Below, piece by piece: positions 50,216-59,517 of a stretch of 64,000 nt of DNA (the first letter of the stretch is position 1; every line of letters begins with the position of its first letter). Origin of the DNA: Deferribacterales bacterium. GTDB taxonomy: Bacteria > Chrysiogenota > Deferribacteres > Deferribacterales > Geovibrionaceae. The notes under the pieces were generated by a model, which did not search any database, had not been told where the DNA came from, and saw nothing but the letters and a program-made list of their open reading frames with translations. The position numbers and the translations under genes are program-made. Where the stretch lies: assembly GCA_050251945.1 (NCBI GenBank), contig JBFWLW010000005.1, forward strand, positions 1 to 64,000. Reading direction: 5' to 3'.

Positions 50216-52234
50216 TCACTGTTTGTGCGGCAGGATGAGCAGTTGGATACTTTCGTATGAGCTTATCCTTTGCAGGTCAACGTAGTCCATCATGTCGGCG
50301 GGAATCACCACCAGACCCTTATAGCCGTTCTCCAGTTTTGCTGTGAGATCATGCGGTTGGCACATCTCGGCATTTTTCGGAGAGATGGACGGAATTTCGA
50401 CACTGCGTTCGCAGTCCTGCCTGCAAATTATCAGGCAGGCATGGCAATCTTTCAGTTTTTCTTTATTTATCAGCATAAAAACGCTGTCAATCAGTCTCTG
50501 TTCGTTTAACGGTTTATCAAAAACAACGTCTCCGTTGGCGGCTAAGCTGTCGTTGAATGCGGAAAGAACCACAATCGGGATGTCCTTGAGTCTTTCGTCC
50601 TGTTTTATATAGTCAATTGCGGTTTTGCCGTCCATAACAGGCATTGCGATGTCCATTGTTATAAGGTCGGGGCTGAACTTTTTCGCCATATCAATGGCGG
50701 TCTTACCATTGTCGGCGGTTGCCACACGGAAACCGTATGATGTGAAGAACTGTGTCAGCAGCGAGCGTATCGCCATTTCGTCGTCAACTACGAGTATCAG
50801 CTTGCCGTCTGCATTTTCTGTGGTTTCAGCCATTCCGGTTTCCTGAACCATTGCGGGCAGGGTAAAGCTGAACGTACTGCCCTGATTAAGGGCGGAACGC
50901 GCCCATATCTTCCCGCCGAAACGGCTTATTATCTCGTGTGAAATTGAAAGTCCGAGTCCTGTTCCGGTGGGTTTTTCCTCAAGGGTGTCGCCGTGGCAGA
51001 CCTGACGAAACTTGTCGAACACCGCTTCGGCTTCCTCCTGCGGGAAACCGCAGCCTGTATCCTTAACGTCCACCTGAACGAATCCGCTGCCTGTTTCAAA
51101 TGCGCGGACAGTTACCCTGCCTTTCTTGGTGAATTTTGATGCGTTGTTCAGCAGGTTGACCGTAACCTGAACGAAGCGGTCGTAATCACCGAAAACATAA
51201 GGCAGTGCTTCCGGAATGTCGGTAATAAGCTCTATCTCCGGTTTGTCGTCAAACTGTCCCTTGGCGGCGTTAACTGCGTGGCGGAGCATTTCGGACATGT
51301 TCACTGCTTCCTCGCGCCAGTGTGTTTTCTGCGATTCTATCTTTGAAAGGTCGAGCACGTCGTTTATCAGTCTTGTGAGCCTTTCGGTTTCGCTGAGAAT
51401 TATGGATAGATTTTCCATTATTTTTTCTGATTTTGCGGCGAGTGCCGGATTATCTCCGGTGAGAGGTACGAAGAACCGCTCGAAGTCCTTGCCGATGAGT
51501 TTGGAAAATCCGCGTATGGAAGTCAGCGGTGTTCTCAACTCGTGTGAGACTGATGAAAGGAAATCCGATTTCAGTTTATCCAGCTTCTGAAGTCTTTCGT
51601 TTGCTTCCGATATTTCTTTATAAGCTCTCTGCAGCTCATTTTCGGCGTGTTTCAGTGTGGATATGTCCATTGCAACCGACAGACAGCCCACAATATTGCC
51701 GTTTTCTTTTATAGGGGTTATGGCAAAGCTGACGGGGAAACGGCTGCCGTTTCTGCGGCAGAAAACCCCTTCGTTTATCTGGGAGGATATCTGTGAGATG
51801 ACCTCCGCATGTTTGTCCCTGTCTGACATGAGCGTATCGGTGTTGGCCATGAGGGTCACACAGTTGTTCAGCAGATCCTTGTTATCGAAAATATCAAAAA
51901 AACTAATCTGGCGGGCTTCTCTTTCGGTGTATCCAAGCATGAACTCCGCACCGCGGTTGAAAAGGATTATTTTACCGTCAAGATCCGTGGCAATGATGGA
52001 TATCTGCATGGCTGCATCCATCACAGCTTTCAGAAAACCGCTTGCAGACTCGAATTTCTGCATGAGCGATTCCGCTTTTTCAAACTGTTCTATTACCAGT
52101 CTGGTGGTAATCTCCGCCGCCTCGTGGGAAACGCGTATTTCTGAGCGCAGCAGGTTATTTTCAGAAATAAGTTTTTCGACTATTCTGCCGTCAATCATAC
52201 TGTTTCTGATACTCTCCATATCCTGATATTCCAT
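50216..52234 (-). CDS. Cytoplasmic hybrid histidine kinase (PAS-HisKA-HATPase-REC)
   Basis: PAS IIATDLDG..FNRGAE, SHELRTPL, NASKFT, GTGLGL, REC DIAMP; no TM. Confidence 0.9.
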   Translation of the reverse strand: MEYQDMESIRNSMIDGRIVEKLISENNLLRSEIRVSHEAAEITTRLVIEQFEKAESLMQKFESASGFLKAVMDAAMQISIIATDLDGKIILFNRGAEFMLGYTEREARQISFFDIFDNKDLLNNCVTLMANTDTLMSDRDKHAEVISQISSQINEGVFCRRNGSRFPVSFAITPIKENGNIVGCLSVAMDISTLKHAENELQRAYKEISEANERLQKLDKLKSDFLSSVSHELRTPLTSIRGFSKLIGKDFERFFVPLTGDNPALAAKSEKIMENLSIILSETERLTRLINDVLDLSKIESQKTHWREEAVNMSEMLRHAVNAAKGQFDDKPEIELITDIPEALPYVFGDYDRFVQVTVNLLNNASKFTKKGRVTVRAFETGSGFVQVDVKDTGCGFPQEEAEAVFDKFRQVCHGDTLEEKPTGTGLGLSISHEIISRFGGKIWARSALNQGSTFSFTLPAMVQETGMAETTENADGKLILVVDDEMAIRSLLTQFFTSYGFRVATADNGKTAIDMAKKFSPDLITMDIAMPVMDGKTAIDYIKQDERLKDIPIVVLSAFNDSLAANGDVVFDKPLNEQRLIDSVFMLINKEKLKDCHACLIICRQDCERSVEIPSISPKNAEMCQPHDLTAKLENGYKGLVVIPADMMDYVDLQRISSYESIQLLILPHKQ

Positions 52235-52271
52235 AAATGGCCGTCCCGGCTGATCTTTTCGTCAACCTGCT

Positions 52272-53804
52272 TTAGCATATGAATATCTTTTTCCCGCTTT
52301 CCAGCCTGTGCACGGCACAGACGAGGCAGGGGTCGAACGACCGTATAATGTGTCCTATTTCTATAGGATTATCGGTATCCGCAACTTTTATTCCCTCAAG
52401 CGCCTTTTCCCACGCTCCCGGCAGTCCCGCGTCGTCCCGCGGCGAACCGTTCCATGCTGTGGGAGTTATTATCTGATATTTCTTAATTGTTTTGTCTTCG
52501 ACGATTATCCAGTGACCCAAAGCGCCTCGTGCGGCATCGGTAAGACCCATTCCGCGTCCGTCTTTTATCTCTCCGTAGGGGGTGTAAAACTGTGAACTGC
52601 CCAGCAGTTTTGCCATTTCGTCTATCCATGCCAAAGCTTTCGGGAAGAGTTTCGCCGGACGTGCCAGCCTTGCCATCTGTCTTGTGAGAGCTGATGAGCC
52701 TTCGGTTCCGACCAGTTCTGTAAAGAGCGGAATGCCGTTTATTACCATCTGTGCCAGAGGTCCGGTTTCAACAGGTTTGGTGTTGTACCTGGGTGCCTTG
52801 ACCCATGAATATTTTTTACCTTCCTCGCCGCTCGCCTCCGGTTCCGTCATACCATCGAAAGGATGTCTTGCCCCTTCATATCCGTTGAACCATGAGTGGG
52901 ATATTGCTTCGGCAACGTAACTTTGATCGAAATCCATTACGTTCGTTCCCTCTGCATATCCGCTGCGTATCAGCTTTTCGCGTCCATGGCGGGGACTGAC
53001 ATCAGAATCGGCGGGTATGTCGAAAGCTCCGTATGAAAGGAAATTTCCATAGCTGTTGCCGATAGTATCAAGACCTATGCTTCTGCCGAAACGGATTAAA
53101 AATCCCATATCGCTTTCGCTGTGTTCATGCGATGAGGCGAGCCATTCGTCAAGCTCCTGTTTGGTGCTTATATTATTGAAGCGTTCGACGCTGCATCCGA
53201 GTATCTGTTCCTCGTATGACTTCATGCATCTGACTATCAGGTGTCTGCATTGTACTATGTCATGTATTGTCGGGACGTTTGTCACGCCGCCGGGCACCAT
53301 GAAAGATGTGTGTGGCCACTGACCGCCGAGTATGGCGATTATCTCGACGATTGTTGCCGAGTTTTTAACGGCGGAAACGCATCTGGCGCCGCGAAGCGGT
53401 GAGTATCGTTTCACAGCCTCAACATAAAGCGGGTTTGAGGCATACGCAGGATTGACAAAATCCGGCATGAACATCAGCACTGACTGGCGTATATCGCTCT
53501 GGATCATCTCCATCATGCCTGTGATGTTCTTGATGCGCAGTGCGTTGTCGGGGGGGGTGGTTCCGCAGAGGTTGTCCAGCGCAGCGGACGCCGCCGTAAG
53601 ATGTGACAGGCTGCATATTCCGCATATCCGCGGGGTGATGACAAGCCCGTCCAGCGCTCCGCGTCCTTTCATTATCTTTTCAAAGCCTCTGTAAAGTGTG
53701 CCTACACTGCGGGCTTCCGTAACGGTATCGTTTTCAAAATCTATCTGCAAAGTGAGGTCGCCCTCGACTCTGTTGACGGGGAAACTGCAAGATATCTTTG
53801 CCAT
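52272..53804 (-). CDS. [NiFe]-hydrogenase large subunit, sensory HupV-like (group 2b/2c)
   Basis: NRVEGDL, L1 RICGIC, GGQWPH, L2 RSFDPCLVCAVH. Confidence 0.9.
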   Translation of the reverse strand: MAKISCSFPVNRVEGDLTLQIDFENDTVTEARSVGTLYRGFEKIMKGRGALDGLVITPRICGICSLSHLTAASAALDNLCGTTPPDNALRIKNITGMMEMIQSDIRQSVLMFMPDFVNPAYASNPLYVEAVKRYSPLRGARCVSAVKNSATIVEIIAILGGQWPHTSFMVPGGVTNVPTIHDIVQCRHLIVRCMKSYEEQILGCSVERFNNISTKQELDEWLASSHEHSESDMGFLIRFGRSIGLDTIGNSYGNFLSYGAFDIPADSDVSPRHGREKLIRSGYAEGTNVMDFDQSYVAEAISHSWFNGYEGARHPFDGMTEPEASGEEGKKYSWVKAPRYNTKPVETGPLAQMVINGIPLFTELVGTEGSSALTRQMARLARPAKLFPKALAWIDEMAKLLGSSQFYTPYGEIKDGRGMGLTDAARGALGHWIIVEDKTIKKYQIITPTAWNGSPRDDAGLPGAWEKALEGIKVADTDNPIEIGHIIRSFDPCLVCAVHRLESGKKIFIC

Positions 53805-53813
53805 GGCAGACTC

Positions 53814-54749
53814 CTATATTCTTGTCTGGCGTTTTTTGAGTCTTAAAGGTGCCGCCGCGGCTGCCATGCCTTTGTAAGCCATGTACTGTGCGCGGCTGAT
53901 GCCGTTTGGCAGTGCTATCGGGATACCTTCGATATTTTTTGTGTCAAAGAAGGGGTATTCCTGAGGAAAGTCCGGATTGTTGCATCCGAAGCAGGGTACT
54001 CCGACTCTGGGTTTTGAAGAGCGTTTGCTCCAGAGAAGTTTATTGCATGAACCGCCTGTCAGCGGACCGTGACAGCCGAGGTGGAAGAACAGACAGCCTT
54101 TCTCACCGAAATCGTTCTCCTCCACACGGTATTCGTGGTATTCGTTGCGGGTGCAGCCCTGATGCACCATCATGCCGTACCATGCCAGCGGACGGTTGTA
54201 TTCGTCCAGCTCTATCTCTATGCCGCTGTTGAGCATGGCGAGTATGCTTGTGAATATTTCAGGGTGGCAGGGGCAGCCTGGCAGGTTGATTACGGGCAGA
54301 CCGCCTCCGGAAACGTAGTCTGCACCGAGCAGCCCGCCTTTTTCCTTGCGGGTGAACTGTATGCCTGTTGCCTGTGTTTCCGATCCTACGCCTATTCCGC
54401 CAAAAGACGCGCAGGTGCCGAGGGCTATTATGTACTGTGCCCGTTTTGACAGGGCGATGAGTATATTCTTTTTCGGAACGCCGAATTTGAGATCGAACAT
54501 GCCCGTGCTGGCAGGTCCTTTCAGAATGTTGCCCTCAACCACCAGAATGTCCAGAGGGATTGAACCGTCCTGAAGGGATTCCAGTAGTTCATGTTGTTCC
54601 TTATGTGATTTAATAGATAGGGAAGGGTGGTAAAGAGGATTGATTTCCAGATCAACGAAAATATCAACCAGATTGGGCTTATCCAGATTAAGCAGAGAGA
54701 CACTGTCGCCATCACAGCCGCCGCAATGCAGCCAGTAGACGTTTTTCAT
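53814..54749 (-). CDS. [NiFe]-hydrogenase small subunit, HupU-like, no Tat signal
   Basis: WLHCGGCDGD, GTCASFGG, PGCP, HQGCTR, GCLF..GC.GP, CFGC. Confidence 0.88.
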   Translation of the reverse strand: MKNVYWLHCGGCDGDSVSLLNLDKPNLVDIFVDLEINPLYHPSLSIKSHKEQHELLESLQDGSIPLDILVVEGNILKGPASTGMFDLKFGVPKKNILIALSKRAQYIIALGTCASFGGIGVGSETQATGIQFTRKEKGGLLGADYVSGGGLPVINLPGCPCHPEIFTSILAMLNSGIEIELDEYNRPLAWYGMMVHQGCTRNEYHEYRVEENDFGEKGCLFFHLGCHGPLTGGSCNKLLWSKRSSKPRVGVPCFGCNNPDFPQEYPFFDTKNIEGIPIALPNGISRAQYMAYKGMAAAAAPLRLKKRQTRI

Positions 54750-54816
54750 CGGTTTCTCCAATAAGAAAATTAAATAATAATGAAAATATGCGTATTTGCC
54801 CGCACATCCTTTAAAA

Positions 54817-54846
54817 ATTTTATCAAATATCGACATCCGCTGTCAA
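54817..54846 (-). promoter_or_regulatory. Sigma70-type promoter of hydrogenase operon
   Basis: Minus strand TTGACA-18 nt-TAAAAT with TG extension. Confidence 0.55.
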
Positions 54847-54966
54847 TTATTCTTTCGTTTTTGCATAAAAACATAAATAGCTGGTAAATATGCTTATTTA
54901 ATGATTATTTGAAGCATGTGTGATATTTACCTACCTGATAGTGTAGTGTTACATGGGAACTTTAGT

Positions 54967-56532
54967 TCATTCAGGATCCTTATATCGTTCTTTAATAAGT
55001 GTTATTTTGTCATAGGCGCTTAAAAGCGCGTCGACAGCTTTCGGGTCGAACATTTTTTTACGGTTGTCGTTTATGAATTTCAGAACGTCTTCTTCTTCCC
55101 ATGCGTCCTTGTAAACCCGTTTACTGCCGAGAGCATCGTAAACGTCCGCAAGGCAGACTATCCTTGCCGCCGGATGTATCTTCTCCCCTTCGATACCTCT
55201 GGGATATCCGCTGCCGTCCCAGTATTCGTGGTGGTCGCGGGCTATTACCGCGCTTGTCTGCAAAAGAGGGCGTGAGGAGTTCTTCAGCATGTTGTATCCT
55301 ATCTCCGTATGGGTACGCATTATGCTCATTTCGTCATGAGTAAGCCTTTCTGGTTTAAGGAGAATAGAATCAGAGATACCTATCTTGCCGATATCGTGCA
55401 TGGGCGACGCCATTTTGAAAAGCTGTGCGTCCTCCTCTGAAAATCCCATCTCAAGTGCAATGGTAAAGGTGTACTCGGACACCCGCTTGACGTGGTATGC
55501 TGTCTCTTTGGAGCGGCTCTCAACCACTTCTCCGAGATGATGGATGATATCAATCTGGGTTTCCTGTATCTCTTTGTTGAGTATGACGTTATCAAACGCT
55601 ATACCTGCGTTGTGATTGAAAATGGTGAGCAGGTTCTCAATCTCCGGTCCAAGGTCTTTTGAGCAGTCTTCGATGAAGAGCAGGTGTATCTTATCCTTCA
55701 TTGTCGGGAAATAGCCGACGTAGTGGCTGTCTATAAATCCGCTTTTCTCTTTTGTGACAGCCTGTTTCAGGTAAGGCACTATTTCTGCAGGTATAGGGGT
55801 GCAGGTATCTATGGTTGCGCCGAGGCATTGGGTGAACCTTCCTGTTGCGGCGATAATGCGGAAATTGCTGTCTCCGGTGCGTGCGGCGGTGAAACCAGAT
55901 GTACTGACATAGTATGAGTTCTCAAGTCCGAGAATGGAAACAACCTGAGTAAGCACACCCTGTGCCAGCTGTTCAACATTCTGACGCTGGAAAAGGTTTG
56001 CCGTGGAGTTGATTATCTGTTTCAGACCTTCGCTGTTGCGGTTTATGATGCGCAGGTCGCGGTAAGACCTGAGAGCGGAGAACATTGTTGTGTAAAGCTG
56101 CTGGCTGGTGAGTTCCGCTTTGTTCTTGTAATCGTTTATGTCGTATTCGGCTATGACCTTTTTTTCAGGGGCTTCGCCGGGCTGTCCCGTGCGCAGGATT
56201 ATCCTGCTGAACCTGTTGCCCATTTCGCCCCGTATCATCTTTGCGAGGTTAAGCCCCGCTATATTGCTTTCCATCACCACGTCAAGGAGGATAACCGCGA
56301 AGTCCTTGACCTGATTCATTATGTCTATGGCTTCCTTTGCGGAATATGCACTGTAGAATTTAAGTTTTTTATCCTCGAAAACAAAATCGTCCAGAACCAT
56401 TTTGGTGGTGGTGTGAATGTCCGGTTCGTCGTCAACTATAAGCACTTTCCAAAAATCTTCCGGATGGCTTGTCATCGGGCTGTCAAAATCGTCTTCCGGA
56501 GCAAAAATAATGTTTTCAGCGCTGTCAGTCAT
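54967..56532 (-). CDS. REC-DUF3369-HD-GYP response regulator phosphodiesterase
   Basis: LLDVVME, RTGQPG, HDIGKIG, HHEYWDGSGYP. Confidence 0.88.
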   Translation of the reverse strand: MTDSAENIIFAPEDDFDSPMTSHPEDFWKVLIVDDEPDIHTTTKMVLDDFVFEDKKLKFYSAYSAKEAIDIMNQVKDFAVILLDVVMESNIAGLNLAKMIRGEMGNRFSRIILRTGQPGEAPEKKVIAEYDINDYKNKAELTSQQLYTTMFSALRSYRDLRIINRNSEGLKQIINSTANLFQRQNVEQLAQGVLTQVVSILGLENSYYVSTSGFTAARTGDSNFRIIAATGRFTQCLGATIDTCTPIPAEIVPYLKQAVTKEKSGFIDSHYVGYFPTMKDKIHLLFIEDCSKDLGPEIENLLTIFNHNAGIAFDNVILNKEIQETQIDIIHHLGEVVESRSKETAYHVKRVSEYTFTIALEMGFSEEDAQLFKMASPMHDIGKIGISDSILLKPERLTHDEMSIMRTHTEIGYNMLKNSSRPLLQTSAVIARDHHEYWDGSGYPRGIEGEKIHPAARIVCLADVYDALGSKRVYKDAWEEEDVLKFINDNRKKMFDPKAVDALLSAYDKITLIKERYKDPE

Positions 56533-58066
56533 TGCGTTCTCCCTTCACAGGCACGGAGATTATGAATGTGGTTCCCTGCCCGGGTTTGCTTTGTGTCTTT
56601 ATGGTTCCGTTCAGCTTTCTGCTGATCAGGTTATAAACTATGTTCATACCCAAACCCGACCCGCCTGCGTTCCGTTTTGTTGTGTAAAAAGGTTCGTATA
56701 TGCGGGCAAGCTGTTCTTCATTCATGCCGACCCCGTTGTCAGAGTAGGTCAATATCAGGTTTGTACCCTCTATTTCCCCTTTGATCTCAATTATTCCGTT
56801 CTCGATCTCGTCAAATCCGTGTACAAGGCTGTTGATTATCAGATTCGAGAATATCTGCATCAGCGCGCCGGGGTATGACTCTATTATAAGTTCATCCGGC
56901 ACATTCAGGTAGACATTATGTCCTGTATTTTTCAGTTTCGGGGTTAAGCTTTGAAGAATATCGTTCAGATAGCTTTTCACGCTGAATTTTCTTGGGAGTT
57001 CGCTGGATTGATCCACCGCCACCTGTTTAAAACTGCTGACAAGGCTTCCCGCTCTGAGCAGATTTGCCGAAATGCTGTGAAGCGATTGCTCTGCCGTTTC
57101 AAAGAACTTGTCCAGTTCGCTTTTTTTCATCTGACCGGACTTATATGCCGTTGTGAGCGCTTTAAGCTTGTCCTCCAGATATGTCGCAGTCGTTACTCCT
57201 ATGCCCACCGGAGTGTTTATCTCGTGTGCAACGCCCGCCACCAGATTACCCAGGGATGCCATCTTTTCCGCCTCGATAAGCTGGTTCTGGGTACGTTTAA
57301 GGTCTTCCAGCGATTCCTGAAGGTCTTTCGTGCGGGCAGATACCCTGTTTTCCAGTTCACTGTTAAGAGCTTCAAGTTCCTTTTCGCGCAGAAGGAGCGC
57401 TTCGTTCGTGTGAACGCCGGACATTATGGTATAGCCGGAGAGGATGAGGATGAAGAAGAAAATTGATATTGTATAGAAAATGAGCTTTGCAACCTGAGAG
57501 GCTGCTTCCCGTTTTATGTCGTCGATATAAATTCCTGTGCCGACTATCCATTTCCATTCGGGGAATGCTTTTACGTATGATATTTTCGGTATTACGGTGC
57601 CGGAATCGTCCTTCCACTGCCACATGTAGTCAATGAAGCCCTCGCCGTTTGTTTTAACAGCCTGAACCATCTCGTTGAAAACATGCTTCCCCTGCGGGTC
57701 GGCAAAATCGTCCAGCATCTTTCCGTTCAGGTCTGCACGGTAAGGGTGCATGACCATCCGCGGTTCATAGTTGGTAATCCAGAAATAATCCTTTCTTTCC
57801 GGTCCGAATTTCATAGCGCCTATTATTGCCGCCGCCTGCGTTTTTGCCTCTTTTTCGGTTATCTTTCCCTGCTGTGCGAGTTTATACTGGTAGGATATTA
57901 CATCAATTGCTGTCTGTGCGAGATCGTGTATCTGGGATTTCTTTTGCTCAAGAAGACGTTTTTCGACGTCGGGGATATGTATTCCGAAGATTATGAAAAC
58001 AAACAGGGCTACTGAGATTACTATTGGGAGTACGACTTTTACCCAGACTGGAATAGTTGTTTTCAT
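56525..58066 (-). CDS. Cache-domain membrane histidine kinase
   Basis: YFWI...MVMHP, YMW, PKISYV..FPEWKWIVGTG; AHEINTP, GSGLG. Confidence 0.88.
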   Translation of the reverse strand: MKTTIPVWVKVVLPIVISVALFVFIIFGIHIPDVEKRLLEQKKSQIHDLAQTAIDVISYQYKLAQQGKITEKEAKTQAAAIIGAMKFGPERKDYFWITNYEPRMVMHPYRADLNGKMLDDFADPQGKHVFNEMVQAVKTNGEGFIDYMWQWKDDSGTVIPKISYVKAFPEWKWIVGTGIYIDDIKREAASQVAKLIFYTISIFFFILILSGYTIMSGVHTNEALLLREKELEALNSELENRVSARTKDLQESLEDLKRTQNQLIEAEKMASLGNLVAGVAHEINTPVGIGVTTATYLEDKLKALTTAYKSGQMKKSELDKFFETAEQSLHSISANLLRAGSLVSSFKQVAVDQSSELPRKFSVKSYLNDILQSLTPKLKNTGHNVYLNVPDELIIESYPGALMQIFSNLIINSLVHGFDEIENGIIEIKGEIEGTNLILTYSDNGVGMNEEQLARIYEPFYTTKRNAGGSGLGMNIVYNLISRKLNGTIKTQSKPGQGTTFIISVPVKGERND

Positions 58067-58169
58067 AACTGTCACCGCAAAATAAAATAAATAAAAGCTC
58101 ATACGCATATATGAGACGATGTGTTATTTTAACACAGAAAAACAGAAATGAAAGTGAAATGTTAAAAAT

Positions 58170-58197
58170 AAGCCCCCGGTAATTCCTTACGGGGGCT
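58170..58197 (-). terminator. Terminator hairpin after argJ
   Basis: agccccc-loop-gggggct with T-rich tail on the minus strand. Confidence 0.65.
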
Positions 58198-58205
58198 GTT
58201 TAAGA

Positions 58206-59408
58206 TCAGCTTCTGTAATCGGCGTTGATGGCTATATATTCTCTGCTCAGGTCGCATGTGAACACTTGTGCAGTTCCAGAACCGCAGTTTAAATCCAGTG
58301 TTATGCTTATTTCCGGCTGTTTCATTATGGCGGCTGCTTTCGGTTCCATCTTTTCGTCAATGATCAGACCGCCCCTGGCGTAGAGCAGGTCTTCAAAGTA
58401 AAGGTCTGTTGTGCTTTCGTCCGCCTTAACCCCGCTTGCGCCAACGCACGCCATCAGCCTGCCCCAGTTGGGGTCTTCGCCGTGAAACATGGTTTTAACA
58501 AGGGGAGAGTTCGCTATAAGAAACGCACATTTCTTTGCATCCTCATCGCTGTCGGCGCCTTTTACGTTTACGGTGATGAATTTGGTGGCACCTTCGCCGT
58601 CTTTGACTATCATTTTGGCAAGCTCAAGACATACCTGAGTCACAGCCTCTTTGAACTCGTCCATATCGGGGATGATTCCGCTCATGCCGTTTGCCATGAG
58701 TATCACTGTGTCATTGGTGCTCATGTCGTTATCCACCGTTATGGAGTTGAAAGAACCCTTAACAGCGTCAGAAAGCGCCGTCTGGAGATTCTTTTCATTA
58801 ATCAGAGCGTCTGTGGTGATGTAGCAGAGCATGGTTGCCATGTTGGGCGCTATCATGCCGGCGCCCTTTGCCGCGCCTGCGACAACGTATGCGCCGTTTG
58901 CGGTTTCAACGAGAACGCCTGCCTGTTTTGAAAATGTATCCGTTGTCATTATGGCTTCCGCGAATATGTCGGAGTTTCCGTCGTCCAGTTCGTCAACCAG
59001 CGCGTCGATATGCTGTACCATTCTTTCAACGGGGAGCTGAACGCCTATGGTTCCTGTGGAACCTGTCAGAACTTTTGCCGCGTCGATGCCGAGACTTTCG
59101 GCAACTGCTTCCGCCAGTGCTTCGCAGTTCAGTATACCCTGCGCACCTGTGCATGCGTTGGCGTTTCCGCTGTTGACAAGTACCGCCTGAAAATCTTTTG
59201 ATTTTTCCATAGCTTTGATGGCGTGTCTGAGTGGTGCCGCTTTAAAGGTGTTCGCTGTGAACACAGCCGCAGTCTTGCACGGAACTTCCGAATAGAGGAG
59301 GCAGAGATCTTTTTTGTCTTTTCCTTTGCCCTTCACGTCAGCATTCATTGCGCTTGCGAGGAAACCGAGGGGTGCACACACTCCCGCTTTGTTTATCTTC
59401 TGTATCAT
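58206..59408 (-). CDS. argJ: Ornithine acetyltransferase ArgJ
   Basis: NSGNANA, KGAGMIAPNMATML, DGEGATK, INADYRS. Confidence 0.96.
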   Translation of the reverse strand: MIQKINKAGVCAPLGFLASAMNADVKGKGKDKKDLCLLYSEVPCKTAAVFTANTFKAAPLRHAIKAMEKSKDFQAVLVNSGNANACTGAQGILNCEALAEAVAESLGIDAAKVLTGSTGTIGVQLPVERMVQHIDALVDELDDGNSDIFAEAIMTTDTFSKQAGVLVETANGAYVVAGAAKGAGMIAPNMATMLCYITTDALINEKNLQTALSDAVKGSFNSITVDNDMSTNDTVILMANGMSGIIPDMDEFKEAVTQVCLELAKMIVKDGEGATKFITVNVKGADSDEDAKKCAFLIANSPLVKTMFHGEDPNWGRLMACVGASGVKADESTTDLYFEDLLYARGGLIIDEKMEPKAAAIMKQPEISITLDLNCGSGTAQVFTCDLSREYIAINADYRS

Positions 59409-59434
59409 TTTAAATCTCCTGATTTTTTTTGAAT

Positions 59435-59509
59435 AGATTGCCGCACCCGCCGTGGGCAGGTTCGCAATGACGTTAACGTCTCTGCGAAGGCTTTAGCCTG
59501 AAGCAGTCT
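59435..59509. repeat. REP-like doublet
   Basis: agattgccgc...tcgcaatgac / gtctctgcgaagg...gaagcagtct. Confidence 0.75.
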
Positions 59510-59517
59510 GTGTTATG

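Noticed and set aside
52272..54749. Respiratory uptake hydrogenase
   Set aside because: No Tat signal, membrane anchor, cytochrome b or hyp genes; adjacent genes are signalling proteins
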